This document shows, piece by piece, positions 58,176 through 64,000 of a stretch of 64,000 nt of DNA. The first letter of the stretch is position 1. Each line of letters opens with the position of its first letter. The notes under the pieces were generated by a model. The model was given only the letters and a program-made list of their open reading frames with translations. It was not told the DNA's origin and made no database searches. Made by a program: the position numbers and the translations under genes. The DNA comes from Dehalococcoidia bacterium. GTDB lineage: Bacteria; Chloroflexota; Dehalococcoidia; Lucifugimonadales; UBA3495. Where the stretch lies: positions 100,956-164,955 of the forward strand of contig JASLXV010000038.1 in assembly GCA_030740155.1 (NCBI GenBank), read 5' to 3'.

Positions 58176-59342
58176 CTAGCGAGGCATCTCGAGGCCTCGC
58201 TGGGCGATGATGTTCCGGTGGACCTCGTTGGTGCCGGCCCCGTGGAGGTGCATGCTTTCCCGGTGAATGCCCTCGATGGTCCCCCGCAGGGGCGCCCACT
58301 TCGACTCGTGGCGCAGCGTGGCGTAGGGGCCGAGGATTTGCATGGCCGCTTGGGCGAAGCGCAGCCGCTCCTCGCTCCCGTGAAGGAAGGCCACGGAGGC
58401 ATCGGCGTTGGGGATGATCCCGCTGCTCTGCATCCAGGCGACCTTCCAGCACAGCAGCCCCCAGATGTCCATGCCCAGCCTGAGTTCGGCCAGCTTGTGC
58501 TTGACCACGGGGTTGGCCGCTAGAAGTTTTCCGCTGAGGCGAGTCTCCCGGCAAAACTCCACGAAATCGTCGAAGGCCCGCCGGGTCCGGCCGTAGCGCT
58601 CCAGCCCGGACCTCTCGTAGTCCAGGCTCGTCATGGCGTGGTACCACCCCCGGTTCTCCTCACCGAGCAACGCCGTGGCCGGGAGCCGCGCGTCGTCGAA
58701 GAAGGTCTGGGCGGCAACGGCGCCGTTGATGTAAGGGAAGGGACGCCGGGATATGCCCGGGGTTTCCAGGTCGGCGATGAACACGCTGATGCCCCGGTGC
58801 TTCGAGGCTTGGGGGTCGGTCCTGGCCAGCAGGTACATGTAGTTGGCCTGAAAGGCGTGGCTGGTGAACATCTTGGAGCCGTTGAGCACCCACTCGTCGC
58901 CGTCTCGCACCGCCCGTAGCTGCAGCGAGGCCAGGTCGGAGCCGACGTTGGGTTCGCTGAAGCCCTGGCAGTATTCGGCTTCGCCTCGGGCGATGGGGCC
59001 CAGAAACTGCTCCTTCTGCTCCGGGGTGCCGAACACCATCAATGAGGGGCCCACCAGGCCCAGGCCGATGGACCCGCTGCGGGGCGCCATCCGGTAGCCC
59101 ATTTCCTCGTTGACGATTCCCTGCTCGATGGGACCCCGGCCTCCGCCGCCGTGTTCCTCCGGCCAACCGATGGCGAGCCACCGGCGGGACGCCAGCTTCA
59201 AAGCCAGGGCATGGGCTCGCCGGTGCTGCTCCTCGGTCTCGACGCCGAAGACCTCCTGGTCTTCCGGGGGGACTTCCCGTTCCAGGAAGGAGCGGACCTC
59301 ATTACGAAAGTCTCTCTGCTCTTCGGTAAATTCAAAATCCAT
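58176..59342 (-). CDS. Acyl-CoA dehydrogenase
   Basis: CQGFSEPNVGSDLASL, NGSKMFTS, L.YER and AGTNEVHRNIIA. Confidence 0.93.
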   Translation of the reverse strand: MDFEFTEEQRDFRNEVRSFLEREVPPEDQEVFGVETEEQHRRAHALALKLASRRWLAIGWPEEHGGGGRGPIEQGIVNEEMGYRMAPRSGSIGLGLVGPSLMVFGTPEQKEQFLGPIARGEAEYCQGFSEPNVGSDLASLQLRAVRDGDEWVLNGSKMFTSHAFQANYMYLLARTDPQASKHRGISVFIADLETPGISRRPFPYINGAVAAQTFFDDARLPATALLGEENRGWYHAMTSLDYERSGLERYGRTRRAFDDFVEFCRETRLSGKLLAANPVVKHKLAELRLGMDIWGLLCWKVAWMQSSGIIPNADASVAFLHGSEERLRFAQAAMQILGPYATLRHESKWAPLRGTIEGIHRESMHLHGAGTNEVHRNIIAQRGLEMPR

Positions 59343-59386
59343 TTTCCAAGTCCTTTCGGGGCTCTCCTCAAATTCATCCTGAAGAA

Positions 59387-59480
59387 TGTCACCCCGAGTG
59401 AAGCGAGTGGCCGAGGTGCTGTGTCCATGATTCCACGAAGAAACCCGCGCCAGATTCCTCGTCGCTCCCCGGAACGACCG
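59387..59480. repeat. Intergenic repeat GTCACCCCGAGTGAAGCGAG ... AGATTCCTCGTCGCT...GGAACGAC
   Basis: Imperfect inverted arms. Confidence 0.45.
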
Positions 59481-59509
59481 CTTTGAGCCGAATCCGTCCT
59501 ATTGGCGAC

Positions 59510-60520
59510 CTATTGTGGAGCGCAGGACCGGATGACGTGCATCGCCTGTCCCTTGGGGTCCGGTCCCGACGCCCTGGGGGATATTATCGGCAGGGTGATG
59601 CCCGCGTCCCGGTATTCCCGCAGCCTCTGCCGGTACTCTTCGGGGGTGCCCAGCAGCGCCATCTTGTCGAGAAGGCCGGCGGGTACCAGCCGCTTGGCCT
59701 TCTCGCGGTCCCCAGCATGCCAGGCCCGCCGGACCGCCTCCATCTCGTCCATGAACCCGGCGTCGGCCATCAGTTTTCGGTACCGGGGAAACTTGGCGGC
59801 GTAGAGGGCCGTATTGTGGCGTAGCGAGTCTCGGGCCTGGTCCTTGTCGGTGTCGATGGCGCAACGGATCAAGGTGGCCACGTCCACATCTTTAGGGTCC
59901 TTGCCCGCCCGCTCGGCGCCTATGGCCACGTGGCGGACGGCGGTCCGGGCGTTCTCCAGCGTGCACCAGGTCAGCAGGGCGCCCTGGGCAATCTCGCCGC
60001 ACACCTCCAGCATCTTGGGGAACACTGCCGACACGTATATGGGAATCTCCCTCCGGTGTGGTTGAAAGGTCAGGTCGAAGTGTTCGATGTTGTACACGCT
60101 GCCCTGCAGGGAGACCTCACCCTGGTGCAGCAGGTCCCGAACCACCCGGACGCAGTCCCGCAAACGGGGCACCGCCTGGGAGAACACCAGGCCGTGCTCC
60201 GGCTCTACCTGAACCTTGTGACTGGTACCGAGCCCCAGAATGAAACGCCCCCGGGAGAAGTAGTCAACGCTGGCGGCGGCCATGGCGATGGTGGGCGCGC
60301 TTCGAACGAAGACGCTGGTAATTCCCGTCCCCAGGAGGATACGGCTGGTGGCCACGGCGCAGGCCGTGAGCACGGAAAAATGGTCGCCGCCGTGGCCTTC
60401 CGACATCCACGCCGACTCATATCCCAACTCCTCCGCCAGTTGGACGCATTCGACCACGTCCGTCGGACTCAAGCCTCCGGAGAAGGCTACCCCGATGCGT
60501 TCCACGACAATAACCTCCAC
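59510..60520 (-). CDS. LLM-class (luciferase-like, probably F420-dependent) oxidoreductase
   Basis: AEELGYESAW.SE, ILLGTGI, RSAPTIAM, GRFILGLG and IPIYVSA. Confidence 0.9.
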   Translation of the reverse strand: MEVIVVERIGVAFSGGLSPTDVVECVQLAEELGYESAWMSEGHGGDHFSVLTACAVATSRILLGTGITSVFVRSAPTIAMAAASVDYFSRGRFILGLGTSHKVQVEPEHGLVFSQAVPRLRDCVRVVRDLLHQGEVSLQGSVYNIEHFDLTFQPHRREIPIYVSAVFPKMLEVCGEIAQGALLTWCTLENARTAVRHVAIGAERAGKDPKDVDVATLIRCAIDTDKDQARDSLRHNTALYAAKFPRYRKLMADAGFMDEMEAVRRAWHAGDREKAKRLVPAGLLDKMALLGTPEEYRQRLREYRDAGITLPIISPRASGPDPKGQAMHVIRSCAPQ

Positions 60521-60633
60521 GCCCCCGCGTCATGACCCTGAATGATAATCGGCGCACGGCGATGGGATTTCAAAGCGCCGTGGCCGCCCGCCGCTGCAGC
60601 CCGGTCCACCCACTTGTGGCGGGCCGGCCGGTT

Positions 60634-60776
60634 AGCGCCTATCCGATAGCCGGAGCCCGTGGTTCGACCGACTCACCGCGGACGGGGGAAGATCCACACG
60701 AAGTGGGGAAACCCGTTCATCCCGAGCTTGTCGAAGGACCGAGGGCGGCCTCCCATGGAGTCGTTGGATAGGCTCT
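60634..60776. mobile_element. MITE-like repeat family A
   Basis: AGCGCCTATCC ... CCCGTTCATCCCGAGCTTGTCGAAGG ... TTGGATAGGCTCT. Confidence 0.78.
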
Positions 60777-60807
60777 GAACTGTTTCATTACCGGCGAGGC
60801 CGGAGCC

Positions 60808-62151
60808 TCAGCTATAGCTGACCAGACCCTCTTCCATCATGGCCTTGATGGCCCCGTCAAAAGCTTCGAGGCTCTGGTCGATGTCCGCCTCGGTGTGGAC
60901 GCCGGAGAGTACTCCGCTGCACCGGGACATCAGGTCGACGCCCCGGACCTGCAAGGCCTGGCGGAACCCCCTCTGGATCTCCCCTGGAATGGACTTGAGG
61001 GCGTTGGCGTCCAGGCCCTCGACTGACCGGGCCCCGAAATACAGGTGGAAGGTTGATGCCTCGCCATAGACGCAGGCCGCCACCTCGTAGCGTTGCACGA
61101 TCTCCCGCAGACCCCGGCGAAGCCGGTCGGCCATCCGGTCGGCGGCCTCCTGCATCTCGCCCGTGGCGGCGATCTTCAGCGCGGCGTTGCCGGTGGCGGC
61201 GCACAAGGGGTTGGCGTTGAACGTGCCTCCGTGGGAGACGCGATCGAACCGGTCGTGATGGGTATCGCCGGTCGTTTCGATGACCTGCATCACCTCGGCC
61301 CGTCCGCCCACGGCGCCGCCGGGCAGGCCGCCCGTGAGGACCTTGGCCATGGTGCACAGGTCGGGAGTGACTCCCAGTTTCTGTTGCAGGCCGCCCGGAC
61401 TCCAGCGGAATCCGGTGATAACCTCGTCCAGAATCATTACGACCCCGTACTGTTGGGTCAGCTTTCGCACCCCTGCCACAAATCCGGGCTGCAGAGGAAC
61501 GGTGCCATAGGACGCTCCGGACCCCTCGGTGATGACCCCGGCAACGTTCTTGTCGTTGGCCAGGGTGCGTTCCAGGGCATCCAGGTCTGGTGGCAGGACG
61601 ATGACCGATTCCACCGCGCCCCTTGGGATGCCGGTGGAGGCGGGTACGTCGAAAGGAGACACGTTGCCCGGCATCACATAGTCGTGCCAGCCGTGATAGT
61701 GGGCCTCCCAGCGGATGATCTTTTCCTTTCCGGTGAAGGCCCTGGCGACGCGCATGGCCAGCATGGTGGACTCGGCCCCCGACCCGACGAAGCGGACCTT
61801 GTCGGCGCAGGGCATCAAGGTGCAGACCCGCTCCCCCCATTCCAGCATCTTCTCCACGGGCCCTCCGTAGTGGGAGCCTTGGGGCGCCGCCCGTACCAGG
61901 GCCTCCACCACCTCCGGGTGGGCGTGTCCCAACAGCAACGACGCCGACCCCATTCCGAAGTCGATGTATTCGTTTCCGTCCACATCCCACTTGCGGGGCC
62001 CCTGGCCTCGATCGATCACAATGGGGAACGGACCGGCGATTTGGCCGTCATGACCGGCGCCGCCCGAAAGAAAGACCTGCTTGAACTTGGGGTGTAGCTC
62101 CGCCGATCTGGGGTTCTTTCGAATATAAGCGTCTGTTATCGAGTCCGGCAT
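60808..62151 (-). CDS. Class-III PLP aminotransferase (GSA-aminomutase-like)
   Basis: WDVDGNEYID, SGAES, YHGWHD, LDEVITGFR, MAKVLTGG and HGGTFNANP. Confidence 0.92.
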   Translation of the reverse strand: MPDSITDAYIRKNPRSAELHPKFKQVFLSGGAGHDGQIAGPFPIVIDRGQGPRKWDVDGNEYIDFGMGSASLLLGHAHPEVVEALVRAAPQGSHYGGPVEKMLEWGERVCTLMPCADKVRFVGSGAESTMLAMRVARAFTGKEKIIRWEAHYHGWHDYVMPGNVSPFDVPASTGIPRGAVESVIVLPPDLDALERTLANDKNVAGVITEGSGASYGTVPLQPGFVAGVRKLTQQYGVVMILDEVITGFRWSPGGLQQKLGVTPDLCTMAKVLTGGLPGGAVGGRAEVMQVIETTGDTHHDRFDRVSHGGTFNANPLCAATGNAALKIAATGEMQEAADRMADRLRRGLREIVQRYEVAACVYGEASTFHLYFGARSVEGLDANALKSIPGEIQRGFRQALQVRGVDLMSRCSGVLSGVHTEADIDQSLEAFDGAIKAMMEEGLVSYS

Positions 62152-62427
62152 GCCTCCCTCCTGTGGGTGTGGATGAATCGGAAATACAGGCCACCTTGCC
62201 CCACTTGACCCGTTCAATCTACCTTAAATCATGGCGATGCGCCACCGTTTTTCAGGCTTTGTGACGCAAGTGGCGGTCGTCATGGTTGGTTGGGTGGCAG
62301 GCAAAGCAGTAAGGCTGGAGTTAAGATTTGCCGGCAGGTTCGGCGTTTTCCGGCCCGGATGTCTCATCGATCGGGGCCAAGTTTGATAACATTGAGGTGG
62401 CAGCCCGGCGCGAAGGAGGCAGACCCG

Positions 62428-63093
62428 ATGTGCGGACGCTACAGCCTTACGTCGAAACTGAACAACCTCCAGGCCCGGTTCGACTTCGAGGCCGGGAATC
62501 TGGTGTACCGGTCCCGCTACAACGTCGCCCCGACCCAGGAGGTGCTTGCCGTGGTGAACGACGGGCGGAACCGGGCCGGGTTCTTGCGCTGGGGCCTGGT
62601 CACCTCCTGGGCCAAGGACCCCCGCATCGGCTCCCGCATGATAAACGCCCGCGCCGAGACGGTGGCGGAAAAGCCCGCATTTCGCCAGGCCCTACGGAAG
62701 CGGCGGTGCCTGGTACTGGCCGACGGCTTTTACGAGTGGAAGAAGGAAGGGGGCGCGAAGGTCCCCATGTACATCGCTTCCCGGTCCAGGGAGCCCTTCG
62801 GTATGGCGGGGCTATGGGAGACGTGGAAAACCCCTTCCGGCGAACCCCTGCACTCTTGCACCATCATCACCACCTCGGCCAACAGTCTGATGGAGCCGAT
62901 CCACGACCGAATGCCGGTGATTCTGACTCAAGAGGCGGAGGCCGCCTGGCTGGACCGGGGCATCGATGACCCCGTGGCACTGACCCGGTTGCTGGTCCCC
63001 TATCCGGCGCCGGAATTGGAAGCCTACCCGGTTTCCACCCTGGTCAACTCCCCAAGTAACGACACTCCCGAGTGCCTTTTGCCGGTGGGGTAG
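62428..63093 (+). CDS. SRAP / SOS-response-associated peptidase (YedK/HMCES-like abasic-site protector)
   Basis: MCGRY N-terminus, YNVAPTQ, INARAET, DGFYEW and IHDRMPVIL; AAGGAGG RBS. Confidence 0.95.
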   Translation: MCGRYSLTSKLNNLQARFDFEAGNLVYRSRYNVAPTQEVLAVVNDGRNRAGFLRWGLVTSWAKDPRIGSRMINARAETVAEKPAFRQALRKRRCLVLADGFYEWKKEGGAKVPMYIASRSREPFGMAGLWETWKTPSGEPLHSCTIITTSANSLMEPIHDRMPVILTQEAEAAWLDRGIDDPVALTRLLVPYPAPELEAYPVSTLVNSPSNDTPECLLPVG

Positions 63094-63110
63094 CCTGGGC
63101 CAGGGAGGGG

Positions 63111-63557
63111 CTACCGCTGGTGCCATTCGGGGGTTTCCTCATTGACGCAGTGCAGGAAGACGAAGGCCCCGGTACGGCCCAGGCCCTTGAAGTGGCCGGT
63201 CAAAACCTTGACCCGCTGGGAATAGTCCAGGTTGTCCAAGGACCGGAGGTAGCCGTGGAAGGAGCCGTGCTCTGATGCCAGATCGAGCATCGTCTGGGCG
63301 TTGTCCACGGTGGCCAGTATCTTGCGCCGGTTGCGCACTATACATTCGTCATTAAACAGGCGCGTGACGTCATCCGGCCCGTAGGCGGCCACCTTGAGGA
63401 CATCGAACCCGCCGAAGCTTTCTCGGAAGTTGCCCCATTTCTGAGCTATTACCTGCCAGCTGAGCCCCGACCGGAAAATGGCCTTGGTCAGCTCATCCAG
63501 GTAGCCGCTGTCGTTGTCCGGAGTAGCCCTTGGCGGTACCTCCCCTATGCTGGCCAT
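63111..63557 (-). CDS. Short DNA-3-methyladenine glycosylase I (Tag)-like protein
   Basis: SGLSW.VI..K...FR..F..FD, IVRNRRKI.A...NA and FK..G. Confidence 0.82.
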   Translation of the reverse strand: MASIGEVPPRATPDNDSGYLDELTKAIFRSGLSWQVIAQKWGNFRESFGGFDVLKVAAYGPDDVTRLFNDECIVRNRRKILATVDNAQTMLDLASEHGSFHGYLRSLDNLDYSQRVKVLTGHFKGLGRTGAFVFLHCVNEETPEWHQR

Positions 63558-63643
63558 GTCTTCCTCCTCGAATAGGCCACCGGTGGCCCTGCCTCAATAA
63601 TGAAGTTTAACACTCGCGTCATTTCATCCGGGGTTACCTTTAG

Positions 63644-63818
63644 TAGCTATCCCAAAGCCTTGAGTGCCGGCTCCAGCGGCCCTTCGACAGGCTCAGGGCG
63701 AACGGATAAGGCGCTCGGGACGAATGGATAGGGCGCTCAGAACGAACGGATCGGGTGCGCCTGCCCCGTTCGTGGTGAGCTTGTTGAACCACCTTTCAAG
63801 TTAGTTATTTGATCATCC
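63644..63818. mobile_element. MITE-like repeat family A with three ~23-bp internal units
   Basis: CCCTTCGACAGGCTCAGGGCGAACGG ... CCCCGTTCGTGGTGAGCTTGTTGAACCA. Confidence 0.72.
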
Positions 63819-63876
63819 CCATATCCCTCCCAATCGACCACGCTGCTGGGTTTCCACCACGTGTCAACTCACGAAA

Positions 63877-63923
63877 GAATGTTACCGAGAGAGGGTTGTT
63901 CACTCATTTAGGAATGTTACCGA
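63877..63923. promoter_or_regulatory. Direct repeat GAATGTTACCGA x2, 35 bp apart; candidate operator for a gene beyond the window
   Basis: Exact 12-mers at 63877-63888 and 63912-63923. Confidence 0.45.
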
Positions 63924-64000
63924 AGGGATGGAGCCTTCTCCCTTCGAGGTGCCTGTTGCATCTCGGGTTTTTGCCATAGGCGCGCCAAAGCCTGATAGAT

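Noticed and set aside
62152..62427. LexA box upstream of SRAP
   Set aside because: No GAAC-N4-GTTC or CTG-N10-CAG site seen by eye

Overview
GC-rich bacterial chromosomal segment with about 55 CDSs and no rRNA, tRNA or CRISPR array. The gene content suggests a Chloroflexota (Dehalococcoidia/SAR202-like) heterotroph: many family-III CoA-transferases, MmgE/PrpD proteins, amidohydrolases, acyl-CoA dehydrogenases, an LLM oxidoreductase, class-III aminotransferases and GYD. That taxonomy is inference only. Highlights: (1) a complete cysteinyl-tRNA synthetase fused in frame to an atypical GT2 glycosyltransferase domain; (2) a FadR-controlled delta-alpha-beta 2-oxoacid:ferredoxin oxidoreductase operon with the oxalate-oxidoreductase YPIRP motif but Ala at the OOR catalytic Asp116 position, plus a decayed copy of its beta-subunit 3' end about 20 kb away; (3) a small glutaredoxin-like gene whose TGA is followed by a SECIS-like hairpin (probable C-terminal selenocysteine, missed by the ORF track); (4) at least two MITE-like families with terminal inverted repeats and nested palindromes (7 and 5 copies), GTAG-type REPs and a truncated REP-associated tyrosine transposase broken at a REP inside its own ORF; (5) three CoA-transferase pairs, each with one Asp-containing and one Asp-lacking unit; (6) several gene relics. 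All calls rest on motif recognition by eye; no searches were run.
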